Source: Candidatus Hadarchaeia archaeon (GTDB lineage Archaea; Hadarchaeota; Hadarchaeia; Hadarchaeales; JAGGTB01). Taken from it: a stretch of DNA of 40,041 nucleotides. A model generated the notes under the pieces. That model saw only the letters and a program-made list of their open reading frames with translations, searched no databases and was not told where the DNA came from. The translations under genes and the position numbers were made by a program. The stretch lies in assembly GCA_046538535.1 (NCBI GenBank), contig JBKHIS010000002.1, positions 1 to 40,041 on the forward strand. The letters run 5' to 3'. Positions within the stretch are counted from its first letter, which is position 1. Every line of letters starts with the position of its first letter. Shown here one piece after another: positions 25,293-33,731 of the stretch.

Positions 25293-25562
25293 TCAAGAGC
25301 TCTGCTCAACAATCACACCTAAAGTTTCAACGCGATTCTTAAGTTCTTTTTTCTCCTCATAAATTGAGCTTATCTTCGAGGATAATTGATCGATAAGACC
25401 CAACAAATCGCTTTTATTCCAAGCCTCTAATTTCTCCCTTTCAACTTTGGAATAATTCTTCAGACTTATCTTAGACTTACATTTATCACACTTGATCGCC
25501 CTTTCCTCCCAGATCGGAACAAAAAGTTCACCGCATTTAGGACAAGTCTCCAAAGTCATCAC
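25293..25562 (-). CDS. hypothetical zinc-ribbon plus coiled-coil protein
   Basis: The ribbon is CPKCG...17 aa...CDKCKSK. It is followed by a heptad-like segment, LIDQLSSKISSIYEEKKELKNRVETL. Confidence 0.5.
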   Translation of the reverse strand: MMTLETCPKCGELFVPIWEERAIKCDKCKSKISLKNYSKVEREKLEAWNKSDLLGLIDQLSSKISSIYEEKKELKNRVETLGVIVEQSS

Positions 25563-25974
25563 ACCTTAGTTTAACTTTGAATATTGAGTTGTCCCACAAA
25601 ATTATAAGCTTTTCGGAACAGTAAATAAATCCGGATTATTTTATAAAAAATTAATTTTTAGTAGCTCAATTTACTTTAACGCAAAAATAATCGGCTCGAT
25701 TTTCCATCATAAAAAAAACTAAAAATTTAAATTATTCAACCCATCACCCGGCACAGGATATGCTACATCTATTCAATAAATCCAACAACAAGCAGTTATC
25801 TGAGTGCAGAACATTATTAGTACTAGGCGCGGGCTAAAGTTTCACATTAGCGAGAAAATTCAACACGCTTTACAATTATAATCCTGGCTAATCTATTTTA
25901 AAAAACGATCTTCGGAGTATCGGCTAAATTTTCCTAAAAAATAAACATTTAACTATCAAAGTCCAATTAACTCT

Positions 25975-26373
25975 TTGATATACATGAGAAGGACAGCCGG
26001 TGCAATAATGGTTATAATAGGATTGATATTGCTTTCAGCCGGTCTTTGTGTTCTGGCAGAAGCTGATAGGTCTACTGCTACATGGTATTATCATGAAGGA
26101 AGTGAAAAAATCGCCGACATCCCCACAATAGGGGGATTCATAGAGGAGGGGCTGGAAACCTTTACGGAAAGTCCTGCCGATGGACGAATAACCGCAAAAA
26201 TTGGATATCGAATATTAGAAATACACCATAGAATAGGAATCCTAGATATAGAAGAGGCCCAATCCTGGAACGAAGCAGAAGACACAGCCACTAACGCTGG
26301 AATCCTAACGATGGGGATAGGAGTCCTTTTCTTATTCTGCGGTGGGTTCACCATCGGCTCCGGCAAAAAATAA
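25975..26373 (+). CDS. hypothetical membrane protein (two predicted TM segments)
   Basis: Hydrophobic N-terminal (AIMVIIGLILLSAGLCVLA) and C-terminal (GILTMGIGVLFLFCGGFTIG) segments. The start is TTG 25975 or ATG 25984. Confidence 0.5.
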   Translation: MIYMRRTAGAIMVIIGLILLSAGLCVLAEADRSTATWYYHEGSEKIADIPTIGGFIEEGLETFTESPADGRITAKIGYRILEIHHRIGILDIEEAQSWNEAEDTATNAGILTMGIGVLFLFCGGFTIGSGKK

Positions 26374-26415
26374 AGAAAATGTTTAGACCGACAACAATAA
26401 GCGAAAAGGCGGGGC

Positions 26416-27183
26416 CTATAGTTCAACCGGAAGATCAAATGCCGATATGGCATTTTTTCCCGCTGCTTTCCACACCTCTGAAAACTCCAAATCCTTGATT
26501 TTAGCGATTTTTTTAGCTACCTCTCTGATAAAAGAGGGCTCAGACCTATCGGACTTCATTTTACCCAGGAAGGGGGCGTCAGTCTCTAGGAGCAGATTCT
26601 CGAGAGGTACACGCTCCAGTAATTTTTCGTATTTTTCCGGCATCCTGAAAATAATGCCTCCAAAGGAAAGATAATAATCTCTATCCACTGACTCCTCTAA
26701 ATCATCCTTCTCGCCCGAAAAACAATGGATAATCGCCTTTCCCCCCTTCTTTTCATTCAAAATATCTAGCGTATCCTTCATGGATTGTCTAGAATGAACC
26801 ACTAGGGGTAAATCAAGCTCATCCGACAATTCCAAGAATTCCCTAAATATTTCCTTACTCCTTTTCCTGTTTCTCTCATCCACGTTATAGTAGTCCAATC
26901 CCACCTCCCCAACCGCTACCAAATTTTTTCTTGGATGTCTGATTTTTTCTTTATACTCCTCAATTCCCTCATGAGATAATTCAATAGCACTGGTAGGGTG
27001 AAGGCCTAAACAAGGATACAAAAATCCGGAATTCTCCTCATGGAGTTCAAGTACCCGATCAGATTTGTCAAAATCAGGACTGGAATCGATTATAGCCAAC
27101 AATTCCTGCTGAGAACGTTCTATAACCTCTTCCCTATCCTCATCAAATTCAGGGAACTCTAAATGACAGTGCGAGTCGATCAT
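26416..27183 (-). CDS. tatD: TatD-family metal-dependent hydrolase/DNase
   Basis: Motifs MIDSHCHL, AVGEVGLDY, LVVHSR, IIHCFSG and LLETDAPF. Confidence 0.85.
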   Translation of the reverse strand: MIDSHCHLEFPEFDEDREEVIERSQQELLAIIDSSPDFDKSDRVLELHEENSGFLYPCLGLHPTSAIELSHEGIEEYKEKIRHPRKNLVAVGEVGLDYYNVDERNRKRSKEIFREFLELSDELDLPLVVHSRQSMKDTLDILNEKKGGKAIIHCFSGEKDDLEESVDRDYYLSFGGIIFRMPEKYEKLLERVPLENLLLETDAPFLGKMKSDRSEPSFIREVAKKIAKIKDLEFSEVWKAAGKNAISAFDLPVEL

Positions 27184-27268
27184 TGGGAGTAGGTTGCATT
27201 GTTTGACTTTTACATCTTTTTATTAATATTAACATTTCATCGGCGGACTACCAATCTATCAATGGAAT

Positions 27269-27310
27269 TTTACGTTATGGGTGTACAGTAAAAATAACAC
27301 ATTCCACAAC
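27269..27310. repeat. copy A of the intergenic direct repeat (31-nt identical core TTTACGTTATGGGTGTACAGTAAAAATAACA)
   Basis: The core 27269-27299 is identical to 28940-28970. The next 11 nt differ by four C/T transitions. Confidence 0.9.
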
Positions 27311-27716
27311 TCTTCGCCATGATAAACCCAAAATACCAAACCACGGGTGGAAAGCTAATAGTTCTTAAAACGCTCCTTTTGAAAATTAGAAAGGATTGAA
27401 GATTTAGAAAGTTATTTGGTGATTGCTTTGATAGTTTTAAATATTCCAGAATAAACAGCTAGTGAGGATTCTTTTTATAAAAAAACCAGAAATTTTTCAC
27501 TAAACGATTTAGATTTGAAAAGGGACAAAAAATATCGAATCGTCTTGAAAACCTAAAAAGATCATGAGAAGAGGATCATCTGGCGCATAAGCCCGAGATA
27601 GAATAATGGACATATCCAGAAGATACATAGTCAAACGAATTGAAAAAAATTCAAAGATGATGACGATATCGAAAAATGAGCAGGAAAAGGGAAAATCCAA
27701 TCCAAACTAGAGCAGA

Positions 27717-28382
27717 TTACAAATCGTCTTTCATCTTTTCTGTCGCTAACCTATGAGCAGCTCTAATTGGTTCCGGAATCTTATATTTTGGAGAGGAGTT
27801 AAGAGTTATCTCCACTGCCCTATCAAGATCCACCTTATGTCCTATACTGACATAAATTGGATTAACGTTAGACCTGCTCCTCAAAACAGCCCCAATAACC
27901 TCCCCCTCATCTCTCAACTTTGTGTAGGAACCCTTTTCCTCGTCCGGCTCATCCGCCTCACCACAAAGTTTACTCTTGGCCACACCAATCGTAGGCCTAT
28001 CAATTGTCACACCCATATGAGATGCCAGACCGGCTCTTCTAGGATGAGCAATGCCCTGAGCATCCACCATGTAAACGTCTGCATCAATTTTCTTCACCAC
28101 TTTCAACAAGGGCACAAGTTCTCTAAAGGCCAAAAAAGTTGGAATATAGGGAAAGTCAACCTTCGCCTTAACAGACTGCGCATCTATCTCCTCCATTTCA
28201 GGATAACTAAAAAGAACACAAGAAGCCACCGCTCTATCATCCTCGGAAAATGAAACATCGCACCCAGCGATATTTTCCAAATTCCCCAGTCGGTCCTCTT
28301 TGATAACCCGATTCCGCACATTGCGCTGTATTCGCCTCAGATCATCAAGATTAACCTGATCTGTCTTCAAAATATCGAGCAT
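27717..28382 (-). CDS. nfi: endonuclease V
   Basis: Motifs AGCDVSF, YIPTFLAFRE, DAQGIAHPRRAGLASHMGV and PTIGVAKS. Confidence 0.85.
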   Translation of the reverse strand: MLDILKTDQVNLDDLRRIQRNVRNRVIKEDRLGNLENIAGCDVSFSEDDRAVASCVLFSYPEMEEIDAQSVKAKVDFPYIPTFLAFRELVPLLKVVKKIDADVYMVDAQGIAHPRRAGLASHMGVTIDRPTIGVAKSKLCGEADEPDEEKGSYTKLRDEGEVIGAVLRSRSNVNPIYVSIGHKVDLDRAVEITLNSSPKYKIPEPIRAAHRLATEKMKDDL

Positions 28383-28440
28383 CTTATCTTAATTTTTTAT
28401 CCAATCCAGCTTCTATAGGAAGAAATCAATCCAAATCCAT

Positions 28441-28827
28441 TTAGTCCGTTCTTATCTTACGCTTGCCCATTGATTTTATGTACTTTATCTCATCGCCTTC
28501 TTCCACTTCTCCCTCAAGCTCCTCCGGAATTGCCATCTCAAAGGTCTCGTAGCTGTCCAGATCCATTAACTGAATACTGTCTCCGGAAATCGAAATGACC
28601 TGTCCGTCGTTAATATCAACATTAGGGATTTCTATTTTGGATTCGGACGACTCTCTTATCTGCCTTTTCTTGCCATCAAATAAACCCACTGCTTCTATGC
28701 TATATTTTGCGTGTCCATGCTTTCCCGGCATGGAAGAAGAAACCTTTCTGACCTTACAGGGCTCCTCGTCTATTAGGATTATATTTCCCTCGCTTATCTT
28801 GCTAGCTTCTTTCATTTCTCTTGCCAT
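28441..28827 (-). CDS. eif5a: translation initiation factor 5A
   Basis: The hypusine-site context SSMPGKHGHAK, in a 128-aa protein. Confidence 0.9.
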   Translation of the reverse strand: MAREMKEASKISEGNIILIDEEPCKVRKVSSSMPGKHGHAKYSIEAVGLFDGKKRQIRESSESKIEIPNVDINDGQVISISGDSIQLMDLDSYETFEMAIPEELEGEVEEGDEIKYIKSMGKRKIRTD

Positions 28828-28939
28828 ATTTACACCTTTTCTTTACCATATCCGGATTAATTCTTAATTTCCAACCTAAAAAGGTAATCCCCCTTCTCTC
28901 CGGATCCAGATAACCAATAATCCAAGTAGCATCCTAAAA

Positions 28940-28981
28940 TTTACGTTATGGGTGTACAGTAAAAATAACATATTTCATAAT
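28940..28981. repeat. copy B of the intergenic direct repeat
   Basis: See copy A. It lies 113 nt upstream of the aIF5A start (minus strand) and about 100 nt upstream of the plus-strand gene at 29082. Confidence 0.9.
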
Positions 28982-29081
28982 CAAACAGAGAAAAGATTGA
29001 ATAGAAAATATTCATAATCTTAGACATCCCCATATTCATAGGCTTTTTTTAATTTATTGGCTAAGTTAACCCGGGAAAGAC

Positions 29082-29735
29082 ATGGAACGAGAAGAAAAAG
29101 AGAAAAAAGATAACATCCAAAAACTTGAGAAAACATTTCACGAAAACTTAATCCCAATAGCCATAGTGATATGTGCAGTTGCAATTGCCTTGGGACTGGG
29201 GCTTCACTTTATCACGAACAATTCAGATTTAAAAACTTACGAAAGCGAGGAATTTGGTTTCTCTTTCTCATACCCAAAGGACTGGCGTGTTGCGGAGGGG
29301 AGCGACACTTCCGAGTTCAACATCCGGGATGAAACTGCCGAAGGGGAGCCTCAAGTCGTAGGCAAAGTAATAGTCTACGAAGAGGAAGGATTAGACGCAG
29401 AACAGAGAATCCTAGAAATGAAAGACGCCATTGAAAGTGAGATAGACAAAAGAGAGAACTATTCCTTTGCCGAGGATTTGAAATTCGACTTGGAAGGGAG
29501 AGAAATTAGATACACCATACTCCAAGAAGGAGAATTTGAATATCAAGGAGAGGAATTCAATAAACGTTACTCAATCTTTTATATAACTCTGGGAGAAGAA
29601 AAAAGAGGAATAGCAATCGAAGGACAGAAATATGGTATTGGACCTTCTGGCTTTACCGAGGATGAATATCAGAAATATAAGGATCCAATAAACCAGATAA
29701 TTGATTCCTTTGAATTATACGGGGCTACGGGCTGA
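29082..29735 (+). CDS. hypothetical membrane-anchored acidic protein
   Basis: N-terminal TM segment LIPIAIVICAVAIALGLGL followed by an acidic domain (FGFSFSYPKDWRV...). No family was recognised with confidence. Confidence 0.5.
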   Translation: MEREEKEKKDNIQKLEKTFHENLIPIAIVICAVAIALGLGLHFITNNSDLKTYESEEFGFSFSYPKDWRVAEGSDTSEFNIRDETAEGEPQVVGKVIVYEEEGLDAEQRILEMKDAIESEIDKRENYSFAEDLKFDLEGREIRYTILQEGEFEYQGEEFNKRYSIFYITLGEEKRGIAIEGQKYGIGPSGFTEDEYQKYKDPINQIIDSFELYGATG

Positions 29736-29738
29736 AAA

Positions 29739-31058
29739 ATGAATAAAAAAAACGAAACCGATAAATTCGATCAGATTTCAGAAAAATACCACAAATTCTA
29801 CAAAGGCAAGATTTCTTCCGGAATAAAGGTTCCAATAGAAAAGATGGATGACTTCTCCATTTGGTACACACCTGGAGTGGCCGAGCCTTGTAGAAAGATA
29901 TCGGAAGACGGGAGCACTTCATTTAAGTATACCAACCGAGCAAATCGCGTAGCAGTGATCAGCGACGGAACGAGAGTTCTGGGTCTGGGTAACATAGGAG
30001 CCGAAGCAGGACTTCCAGTGATGGAAGGAAAGTCACTTCTATTCAAATACCTAGGAGGAGTGGACGCTTATCCATTGTGCATAGACGCGGAAAGTAGCAC
30101 GGAAATATCTGACCTCGCCAAAAGAATAAGTCCCACATTCGGAGGAATAAACCTCGAGGACATAGAAAGCCCCAAGTGTTTTGAGGTACTGGAGAACTTG
30201 AGAAAGGATCTAGACATCCCCGTATGGCACGACGACCAACAGGGAACTGCTCTAGTGTCTCTTGCGGGTCTTATGGGCGCGACTAAATTAGTTGGCAAGA
30301 AATTAAAAGACCTCAGGGTCACCGTTGTTGGAGCAGGGGCTGCGGGGCTAAACATCGCAAAATATGTCATAAAGGCAGGGGTAAAAGAGAGCAACGTAAC
30401 AATGGTTGATAGCAAAGGAATACTCTCTCCGAGCAGGGGCGATCTCGAAAAGAGCTCCAGAAAGTTTAAGTGGGCTAAAAGAACGAACCCGGAAAGCATA
30501 GCCGGAGACATGAAGGAAGCACTGGCAGGATCAGACGCCTGCATAGCAGCGTCGGCGCCAGGACCCGGTGTAATAAAAAGGGAAGACGCAGCCGGAATGG
30601 CCGAAGACGCAATCCTTTTTGCAACGGCAAATCCCACGCCGGAAATCACGCCAGCAGAAGCCAAAAAGGCCGGTGTGAAAATAGTGGGGACTGGCCGAAG
30701 CGATTTCCCAAACCAAATAAACAATTCCCTAGGGTTCCCAGCAGTCTTTAGAGGAGCCCTGGACGTGGGTGCCACAGATATAACTGATGAAATGTGCATT
30801 TCTGCTGCACAAGCCATATCAGAAAGAGCAGAAGAAAAAGGACTCAGCGAAGAATCCATAATTCCCTCTATGGATGATATGGAAATGTACGTCCAAACAT
30901 CTCTTAGAGTCGCGGAAACCGCAAAAGACGAGGGAGCAGCCAGAAGAAGCTTATCTAAGAAAAAATTAGAGAAAAAAATAAGAAGGAAACTTACAAGACC
31001 CAAGCAGATAAATCAGGCCTTGCGTGAGAGCGGTCTAATCTCCCGGCCTCCTAAATGA
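29739..31058 (+). CDS. NAD(P)-dependent malic enzyme (short form)
   Basis: Motifs [55 protein letters not shown] and ANPTPEI. Confidence 0.85.
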   Translation: MNKKNETDKFDQISEKYHKFYKGKISSGIKVPIEKMDDFSIWYTPGVAEPCRKISEDGSTSFKYTNRANRVAVISDGTRVLGLGNIGAEAGLPVMEGKSLLFKYLGGVDAYPLCIDAESSTEISDLAKRISPTFGGINLEDIESPKCFEVLENLRKDLDIPVWHDDQQGTALVSLAGLMGATKLVGKKLKDLRVTVVGAGAAGLNIAKYVIKAGVKESNVTMVDSKGILSPSRGDLEKSSRKFKWAKRTNPESIAGDMKEALAGSDACIAASAPGPGVIKREDAAGMAEDAILFATANPTPEITPAEAKKAGVKIVGTGRSDFPNQINNSLGFPAVFRGALDVGATDITDEMCISAAQAISERAEEKGLSEESIIPSMDDMEMYVQTSLRVAETAKDEGAARRSLSKKKLEKKIRRKLTRPKQINQALRESGLISRPPK

Positions 31059-31067
31059 AATCAGCAT

Positions 31068-32285
31068 TCACTTCGCAGCTTTCTCAAGCATCTCTACTAC
31101 CGGCAACTTCTCTCCAGATAGGAAGCTCAACAGCGACCCTCCTCCAGTGCTAACGTGGTCTATTTTGTCCGTAGCGTTTTGCCGTCTGGCAGAAGCAACC
31201 ATGTGCCCTCCACCAATAACTGTATAAGCTTCAGTTTCTCCTAGTGCCCTAAGAAGCTCGTTAGTTCCCTTTGCAAAGGGCTCCTTCTCAAAAACTCCTA
31301 CAGGGCCGTTAGCTACGACCGTCTTCGAATCCTCAATTATTTCTGCATACTCCTTTATCGTTTCATCACCTATATCGTATATCGGATCATCAACGGGCAA
31401 GTCAGAAACGGAAACCACTTCAGCTTTACCTCCATTGGTCTCAACTCTAACGTCTTTAGGCAACTTAATTCTGGACTCATCGTACTTTGAAAGCAGCGCC
31501 TCTGCATTTTCTATCTCTTGCTTAAATCCTTCTTCCTCAATCAGTTCCATATTAGAATCTCCCAGGTTCACCCCTTTTGCCGCAAGCATTACCTGTCCAA
31601 CCAGACCACCGATCAGAACCTTATCAGCTATGTCCCTCTCCAATACGTGGTCAGCAAGCTCTATGGAATCCTCAGCTTTTGCTCCGCCCAATAGATAGAC
31701 ACAAGGATGTTCCGGATTCCTCGCCTTACCGAGTCCCTTTAATTCCTCTTCCATCAGTCTTCCCGCGATAGCCGGAAGTCCAACTCCAAACCCCACGAGC
31801 GTGGGTTGGGACCTGTGCGCAGCCGCAAAAGCATTATTCACAAATAGGTCGCCTAATGGGGACAATTTTCTAACCAGGTGAGTTTTCGCTTGTACCTCGG
31901 GATCACGATTAAGAACTTCTTCCGAATAGAATCTAGCGTTCTCCAGAAGGAGTATCTCGCCTTTCTCCATTTCTTCGATTCTCTGTCTAGCAGCCGGACC
32001 AAAGGTATCATCGATATAATTCACTTCTTTGCCATAGATCTCACTCATTTTCTCTGCATGTTTCTCCATAGTTGTGAAATCGTCGCTTCCTGGCCTGCCT
32101 TGATGAGCCAGAACAACGACCTTCGCGTCTCTCTCGGAAAGCTCCTTAATAGTATCTTGGCACTTTATAATTCTGTTATCATCCAATATCTCTCTAGTAT
32201 CAGGATCAATTGGAGAATTCACGTCCACTCTCACAAAAACGGTCTTTCCATCCACTTCAAAATCGTCCAGTGTATTAAACTTCAT
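31068..32285 (-). CDS. pgk: phosphoglycerate kinase (archaeal-type N-terminus)
   Basis: Motifs MKFNTLDDFEVDGKTVFVRVDVNSP, LAHQGRPG and STGGGS. ATG 32285 has GGTGA 4 nt upstream. TTG 32297 is an alternative start. Confidence 0.9.
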   Translation of the reverse strand: MKFNTLDDFEVDGKTVFVRVDVNSPIDPDTREILDDNRIIKCQDTIKELSERDAKVVVLAHQGRPGSDDFTTMEKHAEKMSEIYGKEVNYIDDTFGPAARQRIEEMEKGEILLLENARFYSEEVLNRDPEVQAKTHLVRKLSPLGDLFVNNAFAAAHRSQPTLVGFGVGLPAIAGRLMEEELKGLGKARNPEHPCVYLLGGAKAEDSIELADHVLERDIADKVLIGGLVGQVMLAAKGVNLGDSNMELIEEEGFKQEIENAEALLSKYDESRIKLPKDVRVETNGGKAEVVSVSDLPVDDPIYDIGDETIKEYAEIIEDSKTVVANGPVGVFEKEPFAKGTNELLRALGETEAYTVIGGGHMVASARRQNATDKIDHVSTGGGSLLSFLSGEKLPVVEMLEKAAK

Positions 32286-32356
32286 CAGTTCACCCAATTC
32301 AAAATCAATTAAGAAAAAATATATATTAAATGGAGGGGCTGATGTGTTTCAGCCCT

Positions 32357-33358
32357 TTACTCCGCAATTTGATTGGCCATATCCAAAAGCCTGTTCGAGA
32401 AACCCCATTCGTTGTCGTACCAAGAGAGCACCTTTACAAGATTACCCGCTCTTACTGTTGTAAATTCGCCGTCAATTGTCGCAGAATGAGGATCTCCAAT
32501 ATAATCAGTCGAAACAAGGGGGGTCTCCGTGTAGTTCAATATACCCTTCATCTCTCCCTCAGCTCTTTCCTTGTAAACGGAGTTAATTGTTTCCTCATCC
32601 ACATCTTCTCCGAGTAAAGCAACCAAATCAACGATGGATGCATCAATCGTTGGAACTCTCAAAGCCATTCCATGAAGCTTTCCTTCAAGTTGAGGAAGAA
32701 CCTCAGTGGTGGCTATAGCAGCTCCAGTCGTTGTGGGGATTATCGATTGGGCTGCTGCGCGTGACCTTCTAAGGTCTTTGTGAATGCCATCAAGCAGTTG
32801 CTGATTAGCGGTATATGCATGAACTGTTGTCATAAGGCCCTTCTCAATTCCGAATTCTTCGTCTAGAACCTTAACCGTCGGTACCAGACAGTTCGTAGTG
32901 CAAGAGCCTATGTCCAAAATATCGTGTTTATTAGGATCGTACTCATCATCGTTCACACCACGAATCACCGTAATGTCGGAACCTTCGCCTTTTCCTGGTG
33001 CAGTTATAATTACCTTTTGAGCTCCAGCCTCTATGTGTTTCTTGGCATCATCTCTCTTCCTGAACAATCCCGTTGCTTCAATTGCCAGATCTACACCGAA
33101 CTCATCCCATGGGAGATTCGAGGGATCCTTTTCGGATACGAACTCTATCTCTTTATCTCCAACCACTATGGCTCCTTCCTTAGCTTTTACCTCTTCATCG
33201 AGTTCACCGAAGGTTGTGTCGTACTTTAGTAGGTGAGCTAATGTCGACGCTGGTGCCAAGTCATTAATGGCGACAATATCTAAGTTCGTTTCTCTTTCAA
33301 GAGATGCACGCAAAAAACAGCGGCCAATTCTTCCAAATCCATTAATTCCTACTTTCAT
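32357..33358 (-). CDS. gap: type I (bacterial/eukaryal-type) glyceraldehyde-3-phosphate dehydrogenase
   Basis: Motifs MKVGINGFGRIGR, SCTTNCL, IPTTTGAA and WYDNEWGFSNR. Confidence 0.9.
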   Translation of the reverse strand: MKVGINGFGRIGRCFLRASLERETNLDIVAINDLAPASTLAHLLKYDTTFGELDEEVKAKEGAIVVGDKEIEFVSEKDPSNLPWDEFGVDLAIEATGLFRKRDDAKKHIEAGAQKVIITAPGKGEGSDITVIRGVNDDEYDPNKHDILDIGSCTTNCLVPTVKVLDEEFGIEKGLMTTVHAYTANQQLLDGIHKDLRRSRAAAQSIIPTTTGAAIATTEVLPQLEGKLHGMALRVPTIDASIVDLVALLGEDVDEETINSVYKERAEGEMKGILNYTETPLVSTDYIGDPHSATIDGEFTTVRAGNLVKVLSWYDNEWGFSNRLLDMANQIAE

Positions 33359-33479
33359 TTTCTGACCTCCTTCACGCTCAATTTTACCGCTTCAATTAAA
33401 AAGGTTTACTGGCCTTTTATGCAAGAACAATCCGAGTAACCGCTAATCTGTTATAAACCAAAAATGCAAATATGAAATT

Positions 33480-33731
33480 ATGTCGAGAGAAAAGAAACAA
33501 AGGATCAGGGAGAGCGCAGAGGAGATAGTTGAATCCTTCAAGGAAGCAGTCGAAGATCTGCCCAAGCTGGAGGAGACTTACTATGGACAGGAAACCACGA
33601 ACGAACTTAGAAAGGATGAGGATGCTAAGAACGATGAAGAGCTGAAAAAATTCCGAAAGAATTTTTTTGAAGTAATGCCATCATCCGACGAAAAGGGAAA
33701 CCTAAAGGTTGAGGTCGCAGAATGGGCATAG
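33480..33731 (+). CDS. gatC: Asp/Glu-tRNA amidotransferase subunit C
   Basis: An 83-aa acidic protein directly upstream of gatA and overlapping it by 10 nt. The call rests mainly on position and size. Confidence 0.65.
   Translation: MSREKKQRIRESAEEIVESFKEAVEDLPKLEETYYGQETTNELRKDEDAKNDEELKKFRKNFFEVMPSSDEKGNLKVEVAEWA

Noticed and set aside
25563-25974. AT-rich spacer as a replication origin
   Set aside because: No ORB-like repeated elements are present, and there is no orc1/cdc6 gene in the window.
27269-28981. The 31-nt repeat as a CRISPR array or as att sites of an integrated element
   Set aside because: There are only two copies, 1.67 kb apart, and no cas genes. The enclosed genes are the housekeeping nfi and aIF5A, and no integrase is present.
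30068-31003. 311-aa ORF on the minus strand
   Set aside because: It lies entirely antisense to the well-supported malic enzyme gene. Its Ser/Ala/Pro-rich, low-complexity composition is typical of a shadow ORF.
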